Shown: positions 39,477 to 50,782 of the stretch, in pieces
How the letters are laid out: each line of letters starts with the position of its first letter
Position numbering within the stretch: position 1 is the stretch's first letter
NCBI RefSeq assembly: GCF_030144855.1
Contig: NW_026779273.1
Location: 1-64,000 of the forward strand
DNA: 64,000 bases
DNA from: Hypanus sabinus
Taxonomy: Eukaryota
Reading direction: 5' to 3'
Notes under the pieces: generated by a model
Told to the model about the DNA's origin: nothing
The model's database searches: none
What the model saw: only the letters and a program-made list of their open reading frames with translations
Program-made: the position numbers and the translations under genes

Positions 39477-40835
39477 ATGTCGACTGAGCGTTTGATACTG
39501 CTAATCGCGATGGTGCTTTTCGTTCAGCGTAAGAATTTTTGCAAAGATTTAATTTGCTTATCGTTTGTTCGCTTCATTTAAGGAGTTCAGATGCATGAAT
39601 CAAGGCTCATTGTCCATGGCGAGACACGTAGGACAGATGAAATTTAGTGTCCGTCAATATTGAGATTCAAAAGTGGCCATGGAAGCGAGAAGGATCTTTC
39701 GAGGTTGAAGTTGTAAAGATAAATATCTGAAATTCAGAGTGCAAATGTGCATTTTTTTTATTTATGTCGAGGCAACTTTTGAAATAGTGTGTCAATTCTT
39801 CTCGCCGCATTTGTAGGAAGAATCCAATGTACTGTTGTTGTTTTTTTTTATTTTGTTTTATTTATTTTTTGTTTTTGTGAACGGATTCCCAATATGTTGT
39901 CACGAAACTGGTCAGTGTTAGCTTTAATTAGATGTTAGACAAGCAGTGGATTCGGCGGTGGAAGGATAGTGATTGAGGTCTGTAAACTTATCAGGGCGGA
40001 CAACCACAGTGAGTGCGGAGATGTCAGACGGCCGGAGTTTAAAGGGAGAGAGGGAATGTTAAAAGGAGATTTCCATGTCCACTTTTGTAATCACAGTGGG
40101 TGTTTGATGGTGACTTTGAAGAATTATTTAGATAGACCCGTGAATAGAGAGACAAGAAAGGGCCATGGAACACGTGTCGGCAGACTCGATTAGGTAGACT
40201 GGCATCAGGCTTTTTCTTGCTCTGCACTGTTCCATCTTGAGTGCATGGTGCGAATCTGGCACAGGGAGAGATATGGAGACGGTAACTCTGCACCGTGCTC
40301 CTGACGTTTGGGATTGGGCCAGGCCGTGGTGGGGGAGGATACGCAGACTGGAACACTGCACACAGTTCATTCCAATTCTACGATGTCTTGTCTCTTTATG
40401 TCTCTTTGCCAAATTTACTACCCATCATTCCGAACCCTGTGGATCCCTTTTCCCCACCGCGCCGAAACTGTCTCTCCACACCCCACCGTCCGACACTGCC
40501 TGTTCACTGATGCTTCTTTTCCCCGACATCCTTCCCCAGCGGCGAACTCGCAGACAATCCGGCAGACTCCAGTGGCCTACAGCGGCTCTCCAGGAGACAC
40601 CGTGACACTGAGATGCACTCTGACGGGCAGCGGTACCTTTAGTATGTTCTGGTACCGGCAGCGGGCGGGAGAGCAGCTTCGGAACCTGTTTTATTCCGTG
40701 AGCCCGGGTTCGGTTACACCGCAGGAGGCTGTCGATGGATTCACCGCCGTGCGACCCGAAGAAACGCTATTCCTCCTGAACCTCTCCGAGCTGCAAGTCA
40801 GTCACTCGGCCTTGCTTCTCTGCGCCTGGAGTACT
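39477..40835 (+). CDS. TRBV: TCR beta-like V segment V-J, open frame with non-canonical SALLLC instead of SAVYFC
   Basis: Leader 39477-39528 (MSTERLILLIAMVLFVQ, GT donor). V exon 40540-40835: VTLRCTL..FWYRQ..LFYS..FTAVRPE..LLLCAWST. Confidence 0.88.
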
Positions 40836-40874
40836 CACAGCGGAGCCGACAGATACAGGAGCGCTACAAAAACC
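40836..40874 (+). other. 23-RSS of V-J
   Basis: CACAGCG + 23 bp + ACAAAAACC. Confidence 0.94.
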
Positions 40875-43599
40875 CTTCAGAAGCGAGAGTCAGGGGAGCG
40901 GAAGCCAGCTGGAGGGCTGTAAGATTATTCGCAACATGGAGAAGTGAAACTTAATTTCGAGAAGCAACATCCCGTGGCTGAGTTTCTTGTCATCCGCCCA
41001 AAATCGTCTCTGCACATGCGCAGTGAAAAAGGAACTTCCAGCTGCATCAGAGACACAAGACTCACCAGAAAGAAAAGTCAATTAAACTGTAATTATACAC
41101 AATCCATGCAGTTCACAACACATTTGAAAAAAACGAAAAAAATCGGAGTCAATTGCTTGACAAATTGTTCGATTCGTGCCGGTCTGTTTGCCGAATGGTT
41201 GAAGGGAAGTCATTGTTCCTGAACTTAATCCTGTGAGGAATTTCACCTTCTCTACCTCCTGTCCGATGGGGACTGCGAGAGGATGGCGTGGTGCAGACGG
41301 TGTGGGGACCTGATGTGCGTGCTAATTGCAAACCAGAAGCAAATTCAACGGGGGACGCCTCCGCACGTTTGCCAGGGTTCTGAGAAAGTAAAATGGCTGA
41401 CGCGGATTCGTGGCTATTCCCTCACTGGCGAGAGACTGTCTGGACCCAAGTGCTGGAGGATCCGAGGCTTGAATCACGAGGTGTGACTGAAACGGGAACA
41501 GACAACTAAACAAGAGGCTGGACGACAAAACAAGCTGTGGTGACGATTGGTTACCAGATATCTTGAAGTTGAGAAAGAAGTTGGAGAGCCCTAATTTACA
41601 GTTTTCTGTACCGACTCCTTTATATACCTGCGGAACGACCTATGCGCGTTTGAAAGTAAAATATACAAGAACGTCCCCGGGACTCCGGGGCCCCAGTTAT
41701 AAGGAAAGATTGAATAGGTTTGGAGTTTATTGCTTGGAATGCAGAAAGCTGAGGGGGGATTTGATAGAGGGATACACAATTATGAGGATGAACAGAAGTA
41801 GTAATAATAGTCGTAGCCGCAGATCCCAGGGGATCACTGGTTCGCTTCTCTGGCGAACTGCATCCACTCCAGGGCGCAAGCCTGGGCGGGAGGATTTGAA
41901 GAACCGGCAGTTGTCCATGCAGCGGCTTCGTCACGTCTCTGATGTAGTAACAGGGAAGGGCAAGCGCCGCTACTGCTTGACAGCAGTTGTCGTCGTACAG
42001 GTTGCCAGAGTCAAGCTGCAAACAACATCAAGCTTCCTTAGGGACGCCGGCTCCGGATTTCTTCTTCGGGGCTTACCCCCGAAGCCTTTCCCATGGGTGC
42101 GCATGGCCGGAAGGCAGCGGAGGTGTAAAATCACAGTGTTCCTTCTCCTCGGCGGGCTCTGGTCCAAGACTCACGAGCGCCACCTGGCCGTGTATGAGGG
42201 ATATAGCTAGAGTAAATGCAAGCAGGCCTTTACACAGAGGCTGGATGGGGCAACGTGAGGAGATGCGCTGAGGGTGAAAGTTGAAATGCTTAAGCGGAGC
42301 ATGAGAAGAAAAGTCTTCAGTCAGGGGATGAGGAAGAACCAGCGCACAAATGGTGCATGAGATTCCGATATCAGCGTTTCAGAGAAGGTGCTTTTGGTTC
42401 ATGTATGGCAGAGCTATGGAGGGCATCTGATCCGGGGATTGGTCAATGATATTGGGCCGTTTAAATAGTTCGGCTCAGCTATATAGGCCGAAGCGTTTGT
42501 TTCTGAGCCCTACCTTTCTGTGACTCTAACCTCGATTCGAAGGGCCAGTTCATGTGCTGTGGTGCTCTGCCTTCGACTTTCTGTGATCCACGGAGATCCC
42601 CACCCTCTTGTCAGATTCCAGTCTCCGCTGTCAGACAGGATAACAGAGTGTTGTGTGGAAACTTACAACGACAGAATTCGCTTAAGAAATTAATAGTATT
42701 TGAATAAACTTGGGTTTGGTTGGTGTTTCCTCCACAGCGACGGTAGAGAGAGCTCTCGATCCACGGACCAGCTTTGAATGGGTTCCACCAATTCTGAGAG
42801 AGAGACCGGATGCTAATTGACACCTCCAGCAGAGGCACGTCCTGCTGAGATATCAGTCTCTGTTCCGTTACCGGCGAAATGAACGAACTTAAGTGCAGGA
42901 ATCCCTATTCTAGCTCCCGGGACCAAGTCCGAAATGGTCGCTGTTTTGCCTCAGGGAGATGGAGGGGAGTTGCGCCGGTGGTGCGTTGGGTCAACTGCTC
43001 CCGCAACATCTTACGTTTACGCCCCGTAGAAAAGTCCTACCAGACCGGGGTACCACCAGTATAGAAGATAATTAACTACGTGCTCAGGCATAATAAAAAT
43101 CGTTAGTTTGCGTGCCTTGCAGACACATCAGCCCATGTATAACCATATCCGTGGATGTATCATGGCCGGTTAAAACACGGCTCAGCACATCAGGAGATAT
43201 AGCCTGCCCTCCACAGACTCTACCTATACATCCCACTGCCACGGTAAAACAGCCGGCCAATTCTCGTACCATTTCAGCCCAATATTTCCTTCCACCTCCT
43301 TCCGTCGGGAAGAAAACACAAATGTTTCACAGTCCGCACTCACCGCTCAAACTGGGCAGGTTCTCACACGTTATTCTCGACCTGCAATCCAGTTATTTAT
43401 TTTCATGTTTCATGTTACGACCTCAATGCTTTGATCTACATGAACGATATGCAAGTCAAGTGAATTGCCAAATGCTCTCTTCTAAGCCAGACCCCCTCCC
43501 TGCCCTGCACCGCCATCCACAACTCCAGATCCCAACTCCGAACGTCCCGTTTGACAACCCCATCCTCACCTTCCACCAATTCCCCGGTTCACCAAATCT

Positions 43600-43960
43600 A
43601 CTGAGCAGGTGATAAGGTCTCTGGGGAGACTCGGACAGGGCAAAGCATTGTGTTCTCAAGTTGTGAACTCCAAGGTCCTGAGGGAATCTGCTCAGCGTCT
43701 GTGTGGAGTTCCCCAGCGCATTTCCAACTTGACCCCCAGGGTTGAAAGCGTGGAAACATCATGTTTGGTCACAGTAGCCAACAACGGCCAACTTAAAGTC
43801 TCGAATGAATACCGTCCAGTGGCCGTGAACTGTCATATCATGAAGACCCCGTCGAGGCTGATCTTGTCTCACCTCCGACCGTGGCCAGATCAGCCCTCGA
43901 CCCCCTGCAGCTTGCCAGCCAAGAACGGATTCGTGTTGAGGAGACTGTCATGATCTGCAG
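43600..43960 (+). mobile_element. Rex1/Babar-like RT fragment
   Basis: NEYRPVAVNCHIMK motif. Confidence 0.6.
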
Positions 43961-44044
43961 AATAGAGCCTTGGACAATCAGGGCAGCAATGTGAGGATCA
44001 TGCTTTTTTTTAATTATTATTTGTTTACACAAGTGCTTTCGATA

Positions 44045-44135
44045 ACCGGTGGGAAGCCACGCGTTCACCAGGAGAGCCGATAAACTCCTTTACAGCCAGC
44101 GGCGGGATTTGAACCCGGGTCGCTGGCGCTGAACG
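44045..44135 (-). mobile_element. tRNA-derived SINE fragment
   Basis: B-box-like gggttcaaatcccgccg; related fragments near 36520, 39030, 49340 and 54300. Confidence 0.5.
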
Positions 44136-44406
44136 CTGAAAATATTTCAAAGTAAATTTCTATTAACTAACGCTAGTCAAACTTTCAGTGTACTGGATTG
44201 CGACAGAACAAAAAAAGAAAAGCGATTGACATGTCGTTTATACTGTATTCATCCGCCAATAAAGAGTCGAATTGTAGGTGGAGGGTGGATCTTTCTGTTC
44301 AAATGGGCTGGCATCTCTTCCTGGCTCTCTCTGCCTTTACAAATGTGATAAACGGCAGCTGAGCACAAGACTCGCTCATTATCTGAAGGAACGTTTCTGA
44401 ACAGGG

Positions 44407-45175
44407 ATGTTTGTGTTCCTCGGACTGATGATCTGGGCCCACGGTAAGCAATTTCCTGCGCCTACAAACTTGATGACCACTTTTGTTCTCATCTTTACCC
44501 TTTCCTTCTTTATATCCTGATCCACTTTTCGCCCGTCTGTGTTCATCTTCTAATTTCTTTCTAAATTAATTATCCTCCTTTTACAATCCGTCCATCTTTC
44601 TCCTGCTACAGACTGCGAGCCTCAGGTTCACTCTTCCTGCCCAAATCTCGTTCTCTTCCTCACTTCCTCCTTGCAGTCTTTGCACCTATATTTTCGTTCA
44701 TAGACGATTTACCCTCTTTCTCAAAATTTCCTTTTAATTCCCTCTATTTTTCTTTATTTCCCAGCTGCTTTTCCATTTCTTTCTAATGTTCCACTGTTTT
44801 TAATCATTTCCTTTCCTCTTACGTTTCCAGAGCTACACTGATCACCTGCTCAACCGACCTCCCCCACACCCCCAGATCTCCACCAGCATCATTAACCGTG
44901 CTCCTCTCCCCGTCTCTTTCCCAAAGGTCAGCTCGCAGACGATCGCCCAGATACCGGCCGTGCTCCCGAGATCCCCCGGCGGGAACGTGACGATGACGTG
45001 CACGGTGAAAGGCACGAGAGCTAGCCCTTACATGTACTGGTACAGACAGCTCCCGGGGAAAGAACTGGAGAACCTGTTTTACTCCGCTGTTGCTGGCGCT
45101 GTCAATTCCTATGAGCCCGTCGACGGTTTCACCGCCAAGAGACCGGACGAAATGACCCTCACTCTGAGGAGTCTA
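44407..45175 (+). pseudogene. TRBV: TCR beta-like V segment V-K, pseudogene
   Basis: Leader 44407-44443 (MFVFLGLMIWAH). In-phase acceptor appears mutated (caa for cag at ~44922-44924). An in-frame ~48-nt deletion removes the F strand and second Cys (TLTLRSL). Confidence 0.9.
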
Positions 45176-45214
45176 CACAGTGGCTCAGAGAGAGGGACAC
45201 TCCCAACAGAAACC
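45176..45214 (+). other. 23-RSS of V-K
   Basis: CACAGTG + 23 bp + ACAGAAACC. Confidence 0.92.
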
Positions 45215-47249
45215 TGCTGACAACGCCGGGGAGCGGCTGGTGGTGGAAGGTAGAATGGCAGCTCGCTTCACCGACAAAAGACAAAGACAAAGTGGAGTTT
45301 AAAGTCACATGCACTTACACTCAGTAGCCACACTGAGATGTTCACCTTCCCACCCGCACATTAAGACAAATATCTAATTAGCTAGAATAGAGTGCGAGGT
45401 CAACAGCTCGTTTTATCGGACCTGCGGACCACTCAATGGCCATAGTCTTTTAGTGCGAGGTAGAATCTGCCCTTGAGCCCGGTGGCATGGGATAGGATCG
45501 TAGGATCTTAATCAGTGAGGGCGTCAAAGTTTACGGAGAGAAGATGGAAGGTGAGACCTGTACCAGAGAGACGGATTACACCTGAACTACAGAGGGATGA
45601 ACATCCTTGCAGGGAGGTTTGTTAGTGCTGTGGAAGGGGGTTTAAACTAGTTTTGCAGGGGGATGGGAACCCGAACAATGCATAGTCTGTTCACGTTCCA
45701 AAGCCTTCCAGTTTCCTCTTTCAAATCGGCACATTTCTGCTGATTTTCCATGTACTGAGTTCTGTACGTTTTGTGTGATAAAAGGAAAACTTTTGTTGGA
45801 AGGCTGATGAACATTTGCCAATCAGATTTCTACAGTGACCATAAAACAAAACTAATTCAATGATCCGATATTAATAATTTAATACCTCGAAAATGCACGA
45901 AGCAAAATTGAAAAAAAAAACCTGATGCACTCGAGCTAGCTTTTGTTAAAGCGAGTCTAGTACTGAAGGGGGCATTTAGAATCTATAAGACATACAGGTA
46001 AAAGGGATGAGGTCATACCTTCATCATCAAAAATGGGTTTCAACGCACCACGCGAGCGCATGTAATTGTAATATGAAGTACACACCACTGAACATAAATA
46101 AGATCATTACACAGAGAAATCAAGATAAAGTTAACCATTGAAAGAATATGACGCTCCATTGAAAACATCCCTAGGTTTACCTGTCTGAGAATGATGATGC
46201 TGATGATTATTAACCTTTGTATTATTATTGTAAGGTGTCCTTGTACCGAGAATTAAACAAATGCAATCTGCAACCACGGAGCATATGATCCCCATTTTGA
46301 CAACAGACAGTGCTCTATGAACATGAAACCGGTCGGTGAAAAACATTAAATATTACCTTTCAGTCAAGAAAGCGAAACAAGGCCAGTTTTCTTTCCAACA
46401 AACCTATATGCAGCGCACTCAAAATGCTGCAGGATTCAGCATCTGAGGCAGGATCAGTGCGATATTTCATCAGGACTGGAGAGAAAGTGTGAGGAAGGCA
46501 GAACCAGAAGGTTGGGGAAGGAAGTGACAACGACCTCGAATTTGAATGGTACAACCACGTGAGTGGAAGGGATGTGGGTGGGGGAAGCGGTGTAGTAGGA
46601 TGCTGGGAGCTGCAAAGTGGAAAGACTAATGGCCTGAAGAAGTGAGCTGATAGAAGAATGGAACATCATATAAACGGCAGGAAAATGAACAGATGAGGGA
46701 GGTGATGGGGAGGCAAGGAGAAAAGAACAGGTGTGAAAAGAGTTATAAAGGGGTAATGAAAGAACCAAGAAGTACCGGATGTTTAAGAAACCTCTCCGCG
46801 TACAGTCAGGCTAGATGCGAGACAGGCGGAATATAGGGATTGCCCCCAAAACGGCTGAAAGACCTTATATCGGCAACAGACGATGCTATGGACTGACATG
46901 ACGAAATGGTAAGAGGCATTGGATTTAATATTAGTCTTCTTCGCTATTGTGTTATAAGTTGATGGCGTGGTACCGCTTAAACGCAAACTCAATTCCTGAA
47001 ACTGAATGCTCACAGCGGTTCGATATGGCATTCGTCCATTCCCTTTCAGTTGGGCGGGTGCAGACGAACGTGGCCGCAAATGGTGGGGGAGAGGCGCTTA
47101 GGGCGTATATGGAAATCTCTAGTTACAGCGAGCGATTGGAAACCCGGGGTCTGTAGTTCCTGGAGAGAAGGAGGATGAGGAATGTCTTGAAGAAGCGTTA
47201 TAAAATCATGAGGGGCATAGAAAGTGAGATAATTGCAGCATTTTACCAA

Positions 47250-47840
47250 GGACAATAGACAATAGACAATAGGTGCAGAATTAGGCGATTCAGCTTTTCG
47301 AGCCAGCACCGGCATTCACTGTGATTATGGCTGATCAACTACGATCAGTACCCCGTTCCTGCCTTCTCCCCATAACGCTTGACTCTGCTATATTTAAGAG
47401 CTCTATCTAACTCTCTCTTGAGAGCATCCAGAGAATTGGCCTCCACTGCCTTCTGAGGCAGAGCATTCCTCAGATCCACCACTCTCTGGGTGAAAAAGGG
47501 TTTCCTCAACTTCGAAATGGCCTATATTCTTCAATTGTGGCCTCTGGTTCTGGCCTCCCCCCAAAATCGGGAACATGTTACCTGCTAACAGTTAGGTTTC
47601 AGTCAGATCCCCTCTCATCCTAAATTCCAGTGTATACAAGCCCCTTCGCTCCAATCTTTCAACGTATGACTGTCCCACCAACCCACGAATTAACCTTGTG
47701 AAGCTACGCAGCACTCCCTCAATAGCAAGAATGCCCTTCCTCAAATTTGGAGACCAAAACCTACGAATCTAAAAGATGTAGGTCTGGTTTTAAGGTGAGA
47801 AGTGCAGAGATGCTAAAAGGGGCCTTTAAATTATTCTGTT
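47250..47840 (-). mobile_element. CR1 LINE 3' portion
   Basis: Reverse complement of the 15036 element, with an (AATAGAC)n tail. Confidence 0.85.
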
Positions 47841-48221
47841 TCGACAAAGAGTGCCGGAATAATTGGGCACGGCATATTAGTTACAGGAGCCTTAAAGACA
47901 TCCAGACCGGTCTGTGGAATGGAAAGTTTTCATCAGAAAAATGCGCGAATCACTGGGCAATGCGACAACCTTCGATAGGAAATCTGATCAGCAGAGCAGA
48001 ATGTGGCCGAAGGTCTCTCTCCGCACTCTCTGATACACGACTCCTGGCAATTACCTTTTGTATCCAAAGTAGACAATTAGTCCTCGATGACGTAAGCAGA
48101 CGATCAATTGGCAATTGTCACGCACGGTCAGGTGTCATTTCCGGTGGTACATCCCACCGACAAGTCGAGTTGAGAAAGGGAAGAGGGCGCTTTCGCTCCC
48201 GAACAGCTTTTCAGAAGGGCA

Positions 48222-48733
48222 AAGCATTTCCCAGCTGACGTGACCCTCGCCTTTCTCACTTTATCCCTGACTCTTCTGGACCATTGTGAGTTTTAATTTG
48301 ACGAATTATTTTCTTAGAGCGGGTCGAATCAGCTGATAGCATCACGGATACAAAGAGGATCCCATATCGTTTCTTTTATAAAACGCGGAATATTATGCCG
48401 TTATCAGCCTCCTGACTGTGAATTATTTTCTCTTGCATACTAATCCAGTACTGGCAGCTGCACCGAGAGTTGTCCAGCTCCCTACCGCGGCGACTATTCG
48501 GCCGGGAGACCATCTCTTTTTTGAGTGCATTGGAGGGAGGCGGCATGAGCAGCTACAATATGTACTGCTACCGGCAATTCGGAAGGAGTCTGGGGTGGTT
48601 CTGCTGCGAGTTCGGCACCTGGTTTGAACTACGGTTCGTCAATAAACTTGAAGTGCAAAGAGCCGCTTCACTCGGCAACTCAACGGCAGCGAGGAGACGG
48701 ATTCGGCTATCTGCTTCTGCGCAGCGTGTCTCG
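48222..48733 (+). pseudogene. TRBV: V segment V-L, pseudogenised inverted paralog of V-G
   Basis: Leader remnant 48222-48285 with ATG>AAG. V exon 48449-48733 has two frameshifts and W41>C. RSS CACGGCG + 23 bp + ACAAAATGC at 48734-48772. Confidence 0.88.
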
Positions 48734-50081
48734 CACGGCGACACACGTCTACGGCCGCCTCAAACAAAATGCTCCACGGGACTCGGCTTATCGCAGCCGT
48801 GCTATCCACTTTCTCCCCTCACCCCGCAGGTGCAGCCAAAACGCATTAACCTGAAAAGCTGCCAGGCGAAAGCAGTATCCATTATCAATCCCTCCGCCGT
48901 CGAGGCCATGTTCGCAACTCGCTACTGCAGTAGGGCAGTAGTTTCAAGAAACGTTGGTTTCACAACGGCACGCTCGTCCGGAGTCACTTTCCAGGATTGT
49001 GAAACTCATTCCTATTGAGTGATGGATTGTCAAGACATTGCACATTGATTTTCATTAATTCTATTGTTTGCTTCGTTGAGAATTGCCCGGCAGTACAGTG
49101 AGCAATATCCGTCATTTGTTATGAATTTACTTTGAAATTTGGATTTTAAGCGCCCGAAGCGATGTTCCCCTTCAGACTTTCCCGCAGTGTGTTTTTTTTT
49201 TAAATTCTGTCACATTTCCAATTTGTCAGCCAGCCAAACAGTTATGGTTGATCAAACCGTGCAGGACCCCAAAAGCCGATCCTTCGCCGATGTTGCGCCG
49301 ACACTTTAACCCATCCCATGTTAAACCTTCTCTCTTACATGCGCACACCTTATACATCTTTCACCTGGTGTTTCTTCCGGGTGTTCCGCTTTCCCATCAG
49401 AGTCAAAAGTAGCGGTTAGGAGGTTAATGAGACATTATAAATTGTCCGGAGGTTAGGGATGCATTAAAATAAATTGGTTTCTGGTCGGCGCGCCTCGGCA
49501 GACAGGACGGGTGTATTCATTCCTGTATCTCTACATGGATACCAAAGAAGACCTGAGTGAATCAAATTCACAAGTTTGACCAAGACGCACTGGACTGTTT
49601 TTGTGGGAGAAAATAATTTTAACATGGAACTATGGACGGCGATATCCAGAGGGGTAATTTTAACTATAAATGCGATCGGAAGCAAAAGTAAAAAAAAAAA
49701 TAACAATTCCAATAATTAAAGGACTTTATAAAGCAAGAACATTCGTTCTGAAAAAAAGCCGGTAACGGAAGCGTGGTCACAGGGAAGAAGCAACTGAGCG
49801 TCTGTACAATGAAATCCCTCTGTTTCTTTTCCACATAATATTCACGTAAATCGTTGTCAGTACGGGGCTTCTGGGAGAGTGCTGACTGTGCGTGACGTCA
49901 CAATGCAGGTGTCGGAGCTGGCATCTTGCCAGAAGATTGCCCATCTGCTCTTTCACCGTTTTTACAAAACCCTTCTGCTTCCAGTCTGCATCGCATTTCC
50001 TCTGTCAAAACAAAAGATAGACAAAACGTCACCACAGGGCCAAGTGTGTTTTCTCTGCCACGTCATTTACATGCGGTCTGG

Positions 50082-50120
50082 GGTTTTTGTCGAGCTCTTC
50101 GCTCTCGGCGCGTCACTGTG
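50082..50120 (-). other. 23-RSS of V-M (perfect consensus)
   Basis: CACAGTG + 23 bp + ACAAAAACC. Confidence 0.96.
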
Positions 50121-50782
50121 TAGACTCCAGGCGCAGAAATACACGGCCGAGTGATTCACCCGCAGGCTGTTGGTCACCAGTTTGTTCTCGTTATCTTTAA
50201 GCGCCTGCAGGGTAAATCCATCGACTTCCCCGTCTGGATTCCTAATGTTAGCACCGCTGCTGTAGAACATGAACTGCGGCCCCTGCCCCGGGTACTGGCG
50301 GTACCAGTGCACGTAATAATCGCCGCTGCCCTCCACGTTGCAGGACAGCGCCATCGGGTTCCCCGGAGATCCGGAAAAAGCCGGTGGAGACTGCCGGATA
50401 GTTTGTGAGTTCGCGGCTGGGGAAGAGAGGAGCAGAGTATAAAGTCAGTAGACAGGTACCTTCGGATCATGGAGACAGGGCGCAAACAGGGAGAAGGATA
50501 AATGCGGGAAGCAGAGGCATAAGGGGAAAAGAGAAAGAGATGGGGAAGGTTTAGAGACAGTGAGAGAATAGAATACAATAAATATAATTGTATGGACAGA
50601 GGTGAGAACTGAATAGCAAATTGCGGAATGATGGGAAAAGCGAGAAAGGAGCGCTAGAGAGTGTTAGTAAAGCATATAGTGCAAGAATTTACGGAACACA
50701 GAAAGGGTAGTGCAGAACTAATCGCAAATTGAAGCTGTAGTTTACCGTGAAGCCAGATCAGCACCTCCAATAACAGGAACAT
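50121..50782 (-). CDS. TRBV: TCR beta-like V segment V-M, intact; inverted paralog of V-E
   Basis: Leader 50782-50746 (MFLLLEVLIWLH). V exon 50416-50121; 10 nt differences from V-E over 296 nt. Confidence 0.94.
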
